Source of the DNA: an uncultured virus (IMG/VR IMGVR_UViG_3300044675_004257)
Lineage: Duplodnaviria; Heunggongvirae; Uroviricota; Caudoviricetes
DNA: 64,000 nucleotides
Direction: 5' to 3' (one strand)
Virus record (IMG/VR): IMGVR_UViG_3300044675_004257
Location: 1-64,000 of that record
Shown here: one piece after another, positions 38,183-48,118 of the stretch
Position numbering within the stretch: the stretch's first letter is position 1
How the letters are laid out: every line of letters begins with the position of its first letter
Notes under the pieces: model-generated
What the model saw: the letters and a program-made list of their open reading frames with translations, nothing else
Told to the model about the DNA's origin: nothing
Database searches by the model: none
Translations under genes and position numbers: made by a program

Positions 38183-38512
38183 ATGATGATATATGTTCGA
38201 ATCGCAAAGTCCAAGAAAAAACTAGGACCAAAAGCTGTGCGTGAACAATACGATGCGTGGTTGAAATCACACCAAACATCGAAACCCATCAAATCCAAAA
38301 GCAATCAACTAACATATAAACTGTCGGCACCTGCCGGTCGTGAAACTGTGCATTATCCGTCATTAAATACAGGTAACGGTGTCGCTACTAAAGCAACACC
38401 GAAGGTTTACACTGGCACAAAAGTGATGGGAATAGCAACAATGCACAAATCAAACGCTGTTCCTGTGTTTAACAGTCAGGAAGCTGTAGAAATTTCAAAA
38501 ATGAGGCGCTAA
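38183..38512 (+). CDS. Conserved phage hypothetical protein
   Basis: YTGTKVMGIATMHKSNAVPV motif. Confidence 0.75.
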   Translation: MMIYVRIAKSKKKLGPKAVREQYDAWLKSHQTSKPIKSKSNQLTYKLSAPAGRETVHYPSLNTGNGVATKATPKVYTGTKVMGIATMHKSNAVPVFNSQEAVEISKMRR

Positions 38513-38513
38513 A

Positions 38514-38666
38514 ATGAGTAAGAAAATGAGTTTTGTTGTAAAATTACAACGTCCTGTGTGTCGTACACCAATCAAGCCTGTACAAGCACATAAGAATGTC
38601 GTAAAATACAGTCGTAAAGATGAGAAAAAGACAATTTTGTCGCAAATTGCTGTTGTAGGAGACTAA
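38514..38666 (+). CDS. Small hypothetical protein
   Basis: Fills the gap between tightly packed genes. Confidence 0.5.
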   Translation: MSKKMSFVVKLQRPVCRTPIKPVQAHKNVVKYSRKDEKKTILSQIAVVGD

Positions 38667-38667
38667 A

Positions 38668-38814
38668 ATGTCGCAAAACACTGAGCTAAAACAAGAACCG
38701 CAAGATCCTATTGACTGGAAATTGCTAGATGAAGTTGTCCGTAAGTGGGCAGTACTATCAGGACATGAAGATGACCAAGATTGGTACAGGAAAATGAAGG
38801 AATATTATGAGTAA
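38668..38814 (+). CDS. Small hypothetical protein
   Basis: GGAG RBS; tightly packed. Confidence 0.5.
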   Translation: MSQNTELKQEPQDPIDWKLLDEVVRKWAVLSGHEDDQDWYRKMKEYYE

Positions 38815-38983
38815 GAGATATATTATTGATTTGCAAGAAGCGAATGACGGCACCGGCGATGCAATCTTACAATTTCCTGATGAATTGCTTGCTGAAACAG
38901 GCTGGAAAGAAGGCACTGTGTTAAATATGAGAGTTGAAGAAACTCCAACAGGCAATGTTATTATTATGACTGAGAAAAAATAA
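38807..38983 (+). CDS. AbrB/MazE-like DNA-binding protein
   Basis: GDAILQFPDELLAETGWKEGTVLNM pattern. Confidence 0.65.
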   Translation: MSKRYIIDLQEANDGTGDAILQFPDELLAETGWKEGTVLNMRVEETPTGNVIIMTEKK

Positions 38984-41073
38984 TGGAATTACTTGAATCA
39001 AAATCACTTTTAGCCAAATTGATGGCAACCGAGAACCTTGTTGTTGAACAACGTCCGGTACCAACAGCATCTTTTGACGTTAAGAATCGGATTTTGACAC
39101 TTCCGGTACTGGATAAAAATATCTCTAGTGCTCTTTATGACCTTTTTACAGGACATGAAGTTGGCCATGCTCTCTATACGCCTATGGATGGTATGTTGAA
39201 AGCAAGAGATGAAAAGGTTATCAGAGATGTATCTAATGTGGTTGAAGATTCCCGTATTGAACGCAAAATCAAATACAAATATCCAGGCCTTAAAAATTCA
39301 TTCGTCAAAGCTTATGGTGAGCTTATGAGTAGAGATTTCTTTGGTATCAAAGGAACAGATATCAACAAGATGAATTTTCTTGACCGCATTAACCTGCACT
39401 GCAAAGGCGGCGCAGCATTACGTATTGAATTCAATGATGAAGAACGTGGTTTGCTTAATGAAGTTGAAACCACCGAAACCTATGATGATGTTATTGATGT
39501 ATCGAAGAAAATTATCAAATACATGAAACGCAGATTAGAAGAAGAAGAACAAAAGCGTGCTAAAGCTAAAGCTGAAAACAATGATGATGGTGAAGATGAA
39601 GACGAATCAGAATATGAAGAAGTTGATTTTGATGACCAAGGCAATTCAAAAGAACAAACTTTTGAAGATGGTGAAGATGTAGAAGAACAAGAGGTTGAAT
39701 CTAACAAACAATCTGATGGTGATGAATTTGATTCTGTAGAAGAAGATAAGAAAGTAAGTCTAGAAGACCAGATTCGTTCCTTTACTGATGCTGCCTATAA
39801 AGAAAACGAAAAGCAACTTTTTGACAATAGTTTGAGTAATATTATATACGCAAATATTCCATATTTTAATCCAAAAGATGTTGTTGACCACAAATATATT
39901 TGGAAAAGATACAAAGAAGAAAACTTCAGTTCTTCAACAGAAACATTCCTTAAAATTCGAAATGAAAGTAACAAAGTAGTTTCCTACCTTGTCAAAGAAT
40001 TCGAAATGCGTAAGAATGCTGACCAACTGAAACGTACAACAACAGCCAAAACTGGTGAGTTGAATATGAGTAAAATTTACTCTTATGGTTTCAGTGAAGA
40101 TATCTTCAAAAAAATCTCTGTTGTTCCTGGTGGTAAGTCACATGGTCTTGTTATGTTCCTTGATTGGTCTGGTTCAATGGTCGACCACATTGGTAACACA
40201 ATGAAACAATTAATCAATTTGGTATTGTTCTGTAAGAAGATGAACATACCTTATGAGGTATACGCTTTTGTTGAAGATACTGATAGAGAAAAACTAACCA
40301 AACAAACACCAAAAGAAAATGACATATATTTCAAACCTTATGGTTTGATGAACCTATTATCATCTAGGATGTCTAGTTCCGAGTTCACTTATGCAGGTTC
40401 ATCATTAGTTTGTATGGCTGGTCTAGGCAAAGTCCGTGGTTATTTCCCCCATTGGATGCATATGCAAGGCACACCCCTGAACCAAGCAATCGTTCATGCA
40501 ATGACTATCGTTCCTGAATTTCAAAAGAAAAACAAATTACAGATTGTCAATACAATTTTTCTAACAGATGGTGAAAGTAATAATGCTAACCGTTATTTAC
40601 AAAAAGATTCTTATTACGGACTAACAGATGTACACATGAAGTGTGAAAGATTAGTTATTCGTGATCCTGTTACCAAACACGAAGAAAAGATTGATGGTAA
40701 AAATGGTTATGAAGCACAGACAAATGCTTTCATTCGTTTGTTGAAAGCAAGAACTGGTTCGAATGTTATTGGTTTCTATGTTATCAATGGTAGAGATTTT
40801 AACCGTAAAGTGCATCAGTGGTTTCCGAAACAAATGAACCACGAAGAAATGAAGGACAACTTTAGAAAATCTAAGTTTGCCATTCTGGAGAATACTGGAT
40901 ATGATGAGTACTATATCTTGCGGTCAAACGGCCTAGATACCGATGAGGATTCTACTTTCGAAGTTAAAGAAAACTCAACCTTCAGAGGTATTGCCTCTGC
41001 ATTTACGAAGTACAATAATGGCAAACATAACAGTCGTGTTGTACTGAATCGTTTTATTGGACTAATTGCATAA
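38983..41073 (+). CDS. Metallopeptidase-like + VWA protein (CobT-like)
   Basis: HEVGH, NVVEDSRIE, MIDAS DWSGS, GTPL and FLTDGE motifs. Confidence 0.85.
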   Translation: MELLESKSLLAKLMATENLVVEQRPVPTASFDVKNRILTLPVLDKNISSALYDLFTGHEVGHALYTPMDGMLKARDEKVIRDVSNVVEDSRIERKIKYKYPGLKNSFVKAYGELMSRDFFGIKGTDINKMNFLDRINLHCKGGAALRIEFNDEERGLLNEVETTETYDDVIDVSKKIIKYMKRRLEEEEQKRAKAKAENNDDGEDEDESEYEEVDFDDQGNSKEQTFEDGEDVEEQEVESNKQSDGDEFDSVEEDKKVSLEDQIRSFTDAAYKENEKQLFDNSLSNIIYANIPYFNPKDVVDHKYIWKRYKEENFSSSTETFLKIRNESNKVVSYLVKEFEMRKNADQLKRTTTAKTGELNMSKIYSYGFSEDIFKKISVVPGGKSHGLVMFLDWSGSMVDHIGNTMKQLINLVLFCKKMNIPYEVYAFVEDTDREKLTKQTPKENDIYFKPYGLMNLLSSRMSSSEFTYAGSSLVCMAGLGKVRGYFPHWMHMQGTPLNQAIVHAMTIVPEFQKKNKLQIVNTIFLTDGESNNANRYLQKDSYYGLTDVHMKCERLVIRDPVTKHEEKIDGKNGYEAQTNAFIRLLKARTGSNVIGFYVINGRDFNRKVHQWFPKQMNHEEMKDNFRKSKFAILENTGYDEYYILRSNGLDTDEDSTFEVKENSTFRGIASAFTKYNNGKHNSRVVLNRFIGLIA

Positions 41074-41082
41074 GGAGTTATT

Positions 41083-41316
41083 ATGGAGATTTATTCAGAA
41101 TATTATGGCGCAGGTAGAAAGGCTACCGTGACCAGACTAAACCGTGGTGGCCTAGATAGGCAGTTTGATGTTTATGAAGTTGCCTTATATATTGAAAACA
41201 AGGTAATACAAAGAACTACAATCCGCTCAGAAAGTGAAGCGGAAGATATTGCTGAAAATTGGTGTCAAGGTGGTGATGGTAACCAAGTTTTGTTGAATGA
41301 GGTTATTAATGGATAA
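41083..41316 (+). CDS. Hypothetical protein
   Basis: AGGAG RBS; AEDIAENW. Confidence 0.65.
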   Translation: MEIYSEYYGAGRKATVTRLNRGGLDRQFDVYEVALYIENKVIQRTTIRSESEAEDIAENWCQGGDGNQVLLNEVING

Positions 41317-41587
41317 AAAAACCAAAGAGATTTTCTGTATCACACAGGAAGAATGTGCTGAGGTGACGCAGGCAATCTCAAAGATTTTCCGTTTTGGATT
41401 CGACTCTGTACATCCTGTTACAAACAAAAGTAACATGCAGAGTTTGGAAGAAGAAATTGGTGACCTTTTGGCTATGATAGATATTATGGTAGAGAAGTGT
41501 ATTGTTTCTGACAGTAACATTAACGCAGCCAGAATTGCCAAAAAAGAGAAACTGAAAATCTGGTCTAATATTTACAAAGAGGTATAA
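41309..41587 (+). CDS. MazG-like NTP pyrophosphohydrolase
   Basis: QEECAEV.QAISK..RFG and LEEEIGDLL motifs. Confidence 0.8.
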   Translation: MDKKTKEIFCITQEECAEVTQAISKIFRFGFDSVHPVTNKSNMQSLEEEIGDLLAMIDIMVEKCIVSDSNINAARIAKKEKLKIWSNIYKEV

Positions 41588-42061
41588 ATGGAATACAATT
41601 ACAATAAATTCGAAGAATATTTAATTAAACTATTAGAAAATAGGACTGAGGTTCTGGAACCAGAAATTGGTGATAACATTTCTCCTATTTCCGAAATCAA
41701 AGTTGCATTTGATGGTTATGGTGATTTAGAAACTGAAGATGCCAATGGTGAGTATGAATATGTTGAACATGGTAACACCAACATGGAATCATATGCAATC
41801 TATATTCATAAAGATTCTGCAAAACGTGGTTTTGTTTTTCCTGAACACGATACACATTCTTTCACATTTGGTAATATGGTGCAACACCGTCCAGATGAAG
41901 AAGTTTGTTTGTTTGCATGGCATGAGTTTGTTGAAGAAGAAGATGCTTGGCGTTGGTATGTCATTCCTTTGGAAGACAGGCTGGCAGAAGACAATTCATT
42001 GACAGCAGAACAAGTTATGGAAATTTTAGAAGTAGTTGTTAATAGATACTTTCCAGAATGA
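41588..42061 (+). CDS. Acidic hypothetical protein
   Basis: Coupled ORF. Confidence 0.65.
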   Translation: MEYNYNKFEEYLIKLLENRTEVLEPEIGDNISPISEIKVAFDGYGDLETEDANGEYEYVEHGNTNMESYAIYIHKDSAKRGFVFPEHDTHSFTFGNMVQHRPDEEVCLFAWHEFVEEEDAWRWYVIPLEDRLAEDNSLTAEQVMEILEVVVNRYFPE

Positions 42062-42178
42062 CCGATGAACAGGCCTTGGCCATTTATGAGAAACTGAAAC
42101 AGAGGCACGGTGATAACTTACCGGATCCTGACCACGAACCTATACAATTTGCCCATTGCATAAAGATGATGAAACATT

Positions 42179-42664
42179 ATGAACCAGAAATATTCAGAAC
42201 AGTATGATGCATATTATGACGAACAGACCAACGAATGGTTGGAAGATACCTGTGATGAACCGGATTGTGAACTCTGTATTGGCCGAACACCGACACCTCT
42301 AAGAGAAATCTTTGTCTTTGGTTCGAACCTGGCCGGCCGACACGGTGCTGGTGCCGCAAAGTTTGCTGCTGACAACCACGGTGCCATCTATGGTGTTGGT
42401 GTCGGACTACAAGGCGACTCTTATGGTATTCCAACAAAAGACCAGAATATCGAAACCTTGCCATTAACTTACATTAGAGTATACGTCAATCAATTCATAG
42501 AGTTTGCTAAGTATATGCCTAATCTGGTATTTAATGTTACTGCTATTGGATGTGGCCTTGCTGGTTATACTCCTTCTCAGATAGCACCGATGTTTTCAAG
42601 CGCCTCCGGACTTTCCAACGTCCGCCTTCCGGAAGAATTCCTGAAGGTCCTAGAAAATGACTGA
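42179..42664 (+). CDS. Macro-domain-related phage protein (A1S_2505-like)
   Basis: IFVFGSNLAGRHGAGAA, YGIPTK and VTAIGCGLAG motifs. Confidence 0.7.
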   Translation: MNQKYSEQYDAYYDEQTNEWLEDTCDEPDCELCIGRTPTPLREIFVFGSNLAGRHGAGAAKFAADNHGAIYGVGVGLQGDSYGIPTKDQNIETLPLTYIRVYVNQFIEFAKYMPNLVFNVTAIGCGLAGYTPSQIAPMFSSASGLSNVRLPEEFLKVLEND

Positions 42665-42763
42665 CTTACTGGTAATTCTGATTTTATTCTTCCTTTTCTG
42701 GGGAGAACCAGACGTATGGGATAAACTTCACGAACGAGCCATGCAACACATAGAGGAACCACA

Positions 42764-43057
42764 ATGCGTAAAACAATCATCACCTTAGCACTCCTGTTCA
42801 GCACTACATCATTCGCACAAGAAGTCATTACTCTGTCGAAATCAATAAGATGTTCAAATGCCGAATCCGTAATGCGATACTTTACAGAAGAATACAAAGA
42901 GATGCCAGTTTGGGTCGGCAAAACAACTAATGGTACGCATGTGACACTATTGGTTAACAAAGAGAAACGTAGTTGGACACTCATCGAATACGATAGTAAA
43001 CTGGCTTGCATATTGGGTGCAGGTGATTCTACTAGCAATCCGGAGATATCACTATGA
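42764..43057 (+). CDS. Secreted hypothetical protein
   Basis: Signal peptide ending SFA; WTLIE..ACILGAG. Confidence 0.65.
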   Translation: MRKTIITLALLFSTTSFAQEVITLSKSIRCSNAESVMRYFTEEYKEMPVWVGKTTNGTHVTLLVNKEKRSWTLIEYDSKLACILGAGDSTSNPEISL

Positions 43058-43254
43058 GTAAACTATCATTACACCAAGAAGACCTGATAGCTATCAAAAC
43101 ATTCTGTGACAAGTATCCGGATTCTGACTACGTAACCGTGACCGTTGATTCGTCATCTGGTATCGGTTCAATCGTCAAAGTGTCGTTGCCCACTGTCATC
43201 AACGGCGATATGGTAATAATAGAGAAAACAATCGTAGATGAAAGTAGTTGGTGA
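43054..43254 (+). CDS. Hypothetical protein
   Basis: Coupled ORF; DSSSGIG. Confidence 0.6.
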   Translation: MSKLSLHQEDLIAIKTFCDKYPDSDYVTVTVDSSSGIGSIVKVSLPTVINGDMVIIEKTIVDESSW

Positions 43255-43257
43255 AAA

Positions 43258-44537
43258 ATGAACGAACGAATTAAACAACTAATGATACAAGCAGACTATC
43301 CTGCTCCAGAACTTGCTCTACGTGCTCATAAACTAGCAGAGTTGATTGTGAAAGAATGTATGGCGTGTTCTACTTGGGTTGGTAAGATGAATACCAATAG
43401 TGTTGAACCAATCCACACCGCTCACGCTATCAATCAGCGTATCAAACAACATTTCGGAGTTGAAGAATGATACCACAAACAGATTTTATATTGGTCAGAG
43501 GACCAAGAACAGATGACAATGATAATAGTATTCAGATTTCGGTATCTATTCAACGCAATGATGGAAAGTTTGATTTTACCAACTATTCATTGTTGCGTAT
43601 GAGACCAGATACAAAAGGTCCTATGGAAGAATGGGTTCCAACTAAAGAATTGGACTTATACAAAAAAGCATTTGGAGTAGAAGAATGAATGAACGAATTC
43701 GAGAACTTTGGTCCAAGGCTGGGGGTCATTATGATACGGGCAATCAGCACACTTGGCCCGAATATACCATTGATGATCCTGCAAAGTTCGCCCTCCTGCT
43801 GATGCGTGAAATTGCGATGGTTCAAATCACACATCAGGCCGGCATGGACCTGGAGAATAAAAAAATGGATGACCCTGCAAAAGAATTGAATTACGCCGTG
43901 ATTGAACATTTTGGAGTTGAAGAATGAACGAACGAATTAAAGAACTTGCTGAACAGGCTGGTTCAACACATAAACAGAATCTTGGTGTATATCAATTCTA
44001 CATAGATGAACTGGAAAAATTCGCCGAGTCAATTGTTCGAGAATATATTGGCATATTGGAAGAAGAAATTAAATTGGTAGAAGGATATAAATCTACCGAG
44101 GTTAAGGTAGATATCATTAAATGTCATCAAAGTAAAATTTATCACTTTAATAAGCTGATTGACAAGAGCAAGAAACATTTCGGAGTAGCGGAGCGTGAAC
44201 AATGAATGAACGAATTCGAGAAATAGCACTTCAAGCAGGTGGCAGTCATTACCCCGAAGTAAACTCAATGCAGCTACAAAAGTTCGCCGAGTTGATTATA
44301 GCAGAATGTGCTCAAGCCTGTATGAACGAAGGGGCATCATACGAAGAAAAAGCAGCCGGAGCGTATCAAAGCAATTTATATGTCACTGCTATCAAACAAC
44401 ATTTCGGACTTGAAGAACAATCCACAGAGCCTAATGGATTACATACTTGCCCCTATGCAGAAGAAATTCACGGAGACTATGAGACATTGTGTGATTGTGA
44501 TGCGGAGCGGCAATATCAATGTGCAATGGATGTTTAA
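43258..44537 (+). repeat. Array of five coupled small ORFs (43258-43470, 43467-43688, 43685-43927, 43924-44205, 44202-44537), MNERI...KFAEL...HFGVEE family
   Basis: Shared N/C termini and recurrent junction CATTT(C/T)GGAGTWGAAGAATGA. Confidence 0.8.
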
Positions 44538-44552
44538 TTAAGGAGTGAAATA

Positions 44553-44774
44553 ATGAGTGAATCGACTGGCATAACTGGCTTTATTGAAATCTTTGAGGGT
44601 CGATTGACTAAGATGAAACTACACCTTAAAGAAGAATTGAACAAAGCTAAACACGAGCGTGACCGTAAAGCCATAAAGCGTATTACTGCCGATGCACGTA
44701 AACTAAACAAGACACTGAAAGAGATGCGTAATGTGTCAACTAAAAATTGTCCTCACTGTGGAGAGAAACTATGA
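44553..44774 (+). CDS. Coiled-coil protein with CPHCG zinc knuckle
   Basis: AGGAG RBS; C-terminal CPHCG. Confidence 0.65.
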   Translation: MSESTGITGFIEIFEGRLTKMKLHLKEELNKAKHERDRKAIKRITADARKLNKTLKEMRNVSTKNCPHCGEKL

Positions 44775-44947
44775 AAGCAAGTGGTATTAATGCCGCAATG
44801 GCACACAAAATTGAACTACAGAAACTTGTACACCAAGAAACAATCAAACAACAACAGATTAAAGTAATCAAAGACCGTCAGGAAGAATTGCAGATAATGA
44901 AAACACAGTACTTCAGTAAAGGTAATAACGTTGATGAGATGGTGTAG
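44771..44947 (+). CDS. Small hypothetical protein
   Basis: ATGA overlap with the upstream gene. Confidence 0.55.
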   Translation: MKASGINAAMAHKIELQKLVHQETIKQQQIKVIKDRQEELQIMKTQYFSKGNNVDEMV

Positions 44948-44960
44948 GAGTTAAAGAGTA

Positions 44961-45239
44961 ATGACACAGAGATATTTTGTTGTTGCAGGTAACTATGACC
45001 AATATTGCCAATGGATAAAAGAGAGAGGCCTTTCACGTAAAGAGTGGGTCCATGTATACGATTGCAATACTATCAGAGGTATCAGAAACCCTGCGGGCAG
45101 ACTCGTTGGTACTTGGTATGAAAGAGAGGATGCTATGGATATTCTGGTGGCTCTGAGAGTGGCATCAGATAAGGTCAATGAGAACCTTGAGAATGCCTTA
45201 GTAATGTGGATACAATTGAAAACTGAAAATGAAACATAG
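44961..45239 (+). CDS. Hypothetical protein
   Basis: AGGAG RBS. Confidence 0.6.
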   Translation: MTQRYFVVAGNYDQYCQWIKERGLSRKEWVHVYDCNTIRGIRNPAGRLVGTWYEREDAMDILVALRVASDKVNENLENALVMWIQLKTENET

Positions 45240-45414
45240 TGACGTACAGAGAATTATAGAGAACCTTGAGAATGCTTTGAGAGTGCATCCAGATAAAGGC
45301 TATGAGATTGGTTCATTAGAAGAAGCACAGAAATTTGCAGAGGAGCGAAAGCTGGACCTGGAAAAATTCCCAGTATCAAGAGGATCCTCCGAGAAAAAAT
45401 TTCGAAACCCTTAA
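45229..45414 (+). CDS. Hypothetical protein
   Basis: Coupled ORF; last gene before the strand switch. Confidence 0.55.
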   Translation: MKHSDVQRIIENLENALRVHPDKGYEIGSLEEAQKFAEERKLDLEKFPVSRGSSEKKFRNP

Positions 45415-45541
45415 CGGGAGCCCCAGAAAATAAAAAATGAGAAAAAAGAGTTTGACCAGGTGGCACTTTTTTAGCTAATCACTTACCTACCGCACCCCCA
45501 TCCCTCACCGCTACTGCTCGGACAGCAGCTCCAGCAGAGCC

Positions 45542-45576
45542 AAAAAAAGAGGCAGCACCATTACAGCACTGCCTCT
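45542..45576 (-). terminator. Rho-independent terminator of the minus-strand island
   Basis: AGAGGCAG/CTGCCTCT stem with an A-run on the + strand (U-tract on minus). Confidence 0.7.
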
Positions 45577-45621
45577 AAACCCCACCATCCAGCCTAGCCT
45601 CAAGTGGGGAGAGCGAAAACC

Positions 45622-46269
45622 TTAAGCAGCCACTGCCAAGCGAATAACCTTTGCCATTTTGCGGCCGTGGGCAATATATGCAACCACTGGGACCTCTTTA
45701 GAATAGCAAGCACGGCAACCAGAGCACTTGCCATTTGTAGTTGGTGCCGTGCAAACCTTAACACCAGCAGGCACTGGCATTCCTTCTGGCAATATAGTGC
45801 TACCATGTACACCAGCAGTATATGTGCCATTTATAGCATCACTGCTAGGGCGCACCATCACATTAGGCAGAGCAGCCATTTTGGTGAGCACCTGCTGATA
45901 CTTAGCGAATTTGTGCATCCGTGTGGGCAACCAGTGCTTCACGTGGGGGGTCTTAACCATCACAGCATACATTTTGAGCGCTAACTGTATGGAGTACATA
46001 TCGCCAGAATCAAACCAGCGGAAGTAGCTTTGCTTTTTGAGAGCAGCAACCATAGTGTCCACCCAAGCGTCATCCTGCCATGCTTGCTTATTATCGAAGC
46101 GCACTTTTTTGGTGCCAGGGAAATTATATGTGCCTTGCGTGGCGTAGCAACCAGCACAAGCGGGAACGAGCTCACCATCGTCACCAATAGAACCTTGGCA
46201 GGTTTCGAGAGCCTGAAGGGACCAGCTGAGGATATTGTCGAGCTTTGAGGTTTTTGAGAGCTTGTTCAT
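45622..46269 (-). CDS. GP88-family (radical-SAM-related) protein
   Basis: TC..CAGCYA, FRWFDSGD, HWLPTR and CSGCRAC motifs. Confidence 0.75.
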   Translation of the reverse strand: MNKLSKTSKLDNILSWSLQALETCQGSIGDDGELVPACAGCYATQGTYNFPGTKKVRFDNKQAWQDDAWVDTMVAALKKQSYFRWFDSGDMYSIQLALKMYAVMVKTPHVKHWLPTRMHKFAKYQQVLTKMAALPNVMVRPSSDAINGTYTAGVHGSTILPEGMPVPAGVKVCTAPTTNGKCSGCRACYSKEVPVVAYIAHGRKMAKVIRLAVAA

Positions 46270-46299
46270 TTCGCTTTGCTTTCTTGATTTGATGGAAGG

Positions 46300-46327
46300 A
46301 GTATAACACGGCCACCGAAAATGGCAA
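46300..46327 (-). promoter_or_regulatory. Early promoter
   Basis: Minus strand TTGCCA-16-TATACT. Confidence 0.7.
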
Positions 46328-46629
46328 CCTAATACTTTTTAACTCAAGCCACCAGCTGGAGTATTAACTCGGCACCTCTAGTGCAAGCACCAGCACAAGC
46401 GCTTGCCACCGAAAGGACAGCTGTGTTATAATATGCGCCGACCAAAGAACCAGTCAAAAAAATGAATACATTCATACTAACTCCTAAATTGTTAACTTTT
46501 GTTTTCAAATACTGTGCCAGTAATTTTCCAACTGGCGGCCTCTGGGATCCGATCCCTTTGCCTTACACTCGAGCGCCGGTGTTGGCACCGGCTTTTGGTG
46601 TTGCTGCGTTCCTCGCAGCACTCGAATGG

Positions 46630-46965
46630 TTACGCTGTTGCTTTGCGTGCCATGATGGCAGCAGCAATAGCATTGTCCTCAGCACCGAACACCACGCCTT
46701 TGCTTGGGCGCTTGTTGGCTTTCACTGCCTTAGCGCCTACAGCACCAACTTGCTTAGCAAGCAGCTTCTCAAGGCGAGCTTGTGCCTTAGCAATAGCGGC
46801 TTCACGCTTTTCAGCAGCAGCCTTCAGTTTAGCGTCAGCAGCAAGACCACGCAAAGCTTTTTTGGTTTCGACCTCAAGCTTAATTGACGCCTTTAGCGCC
46901 TTCAGGGTCTCACGCTTTTGAGTGAGAGTTAAACCTTCAACCGAACCACATGCGAATGTAAACAT
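46630..46965 (-). CDS. Ala/Lys-rich basic hypothetical protein
   Basis: AAAGGA RBS on minus; own promoter. Confidence 0.7.
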   Translation of the reverse strand: MFTFACGSVEGLTLTQKRETLKALKASIKLEVETKKALRGLAADAKLKAAAEKREAAIAKAQARLEKLLAKQVGAVGAKAVKANKRPSKGVVFGAEDNAIAAAIMARKATA

Positions 46966-46998
46966 TTTTTTCCTTTGTTTGTTTGTTTGTAAGAGTCA

Positions 46999-47026
46999 AT
47001 TATACCAGATTTGGTGAAAATGGCAA
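46999..47026 (-). promoter_or_regulatory. Early promoter
   Basis: Minus strand TTGCCA-16-TATAAT. Confidence 0.7.
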
Positions 47027-47059
47027 CTGTAAACTTTTTTCTTCCAGTTGCCTGTAGTG

Positions 47060-47317
47060 TTATTCTGTGGTCAATTCATCCGCCAGCAGTGCAGCAGCTT
47101 GACGCTGGTCCTGTATTTCGCAAAGGATGAATTTAGCACGGTTCATATATTGGCGGGAATCATTGGTTGCACCCATCGCCAGCAATTCCTGAGCGTCCGA
47201 CAATATGCTCATGCACACCATTTCCAGACCAACGTGCTTGGCAGTAAAGCTTTTCATATACTGCTCACGGATCGCTGCTGTTGACATACCGTAGCACTGC
47301 TTTTCGAATTCGGTCAT
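47060..47317 (-). CDS. Hypothetical protein (MTEFEKQCYGMS...)
   Basis: ATG at 47317, downstream of the promoter and the shared leader. Confidence 0.65.
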   Translation of the reverse strand: MTEFEKQCYGMSTAAIREQYMKSFTAKHVGLEMVCMSILSDAQELLAMGATNDSRQYMNRAKFILCEIQDQRQAAALLADELTTE

Positions 47318-47347
47318 ATTTTCTCGCTTTCTTGATTTGATGGACAA

Positions 47348-47453
47348 AGTATAACCGATCCTGCAGGAAATGGCAAGCGTTATCTGGAATACTTGACCGG
47401 ATTGCTTGAGTACTATTGCGCTATATTGCCAACCTGTCTGGTTCCTGTATAAT
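47348..47453. promoter_or_regulatory. Divergent early promoter pair
   Basis: Minus TTGCCA-17-TATACT (47376-47348) back-to-back with plus TTGCCA-16-TATAAT (47426-47453). Confidence 0.7.
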
Positions 47454-47603
47454 AGCACCTATTCGAAAGCAGACTGGGGTGGACGCTGGGGCTGGGCGTT
47501 GAAAACGGAAGTACTCTAGCTCGGCAATGGAGTACTTTTTCAGTATATTGCCAAACTCTCGGTTTTATTGTATAATACCCACATATTAACACAGGAGCAT
47601 TAC

Positions 47604-47795
47604 ATGGGCAAAATGTCAGAAATTAGTATTCAATTACAAGAGTTGGAAGAAATGCTGTATACTTTTGGTTTAGGCCATGAGCCATTCATACAGGAGTGTA
47701 AACTTTTGTGTGAATTGGGGTTCGCTGATGAAGTACAATGTATTATCTATGATTTTGAAACAAAAGTATTCAATGGCGAACTAGAGCGCTTCTGA
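47604..47795 (+). CDS. Small hypothetical protein
   Basis: AGGAG RBS; promoter TTGCCA-17-TATAAT at 47548. Confidence 0.6.
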   Translation: MGKMSEISIQLQELEEMLYTFGLGHEPFIQECKLLCELGFADEVQCIIYDFETKVFNGELERF

Positions 47796-48044
47796 GAGTA
47801 ACACTTTGGTTTGCGGTAGAAAAACCATTGTAATGCTTTGAGGTGCCATCGCAGACAGAGACTAAGACTTGTTTCTTACAGGTAACTTGCGAAGCCAGGT
47901 GCGCTGGTAACACTAAAGCACTACAAACAACACAAAATTGCACTTTATGACACTTTTGCAGTATATTATGCGGAACATGATAACTTTCTCAGTACACCTG
48001 GATGCAGGTTACAACGGAAGTACTCATTAACTAGTCAGGTAAAG

Positions 48045-48118
48045 TTATCCACAGCATATCCACAACATCTGCGACTGGCGCTAGCGTTATGCACATTTTA
48101 TACACAGACTTATCCACA
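48045..48118 (+). other. Cluster of five co-oriented DnaA boxes
   Basis: TTATCCACA 48045, ATATCCACA 48056, TTATGCACA 48087, TTATACACA 48098, TTATCCACA 48110. Confidence 0.8.

Noticed and set aside
43440..44420. CRISPR array suggested by recurring ~22-bp repeats
   Set aside because: Spacing is 220-270 bp, the repeats are coding gene junctions, and no cas genes are present.
45604..47284. Plus-strand ORFs (45604, 46030, 46462, 46499, 47048)
   Set aside because: They are shadows of the minus-strand genes, which have promoters, RBSs and a terminator.
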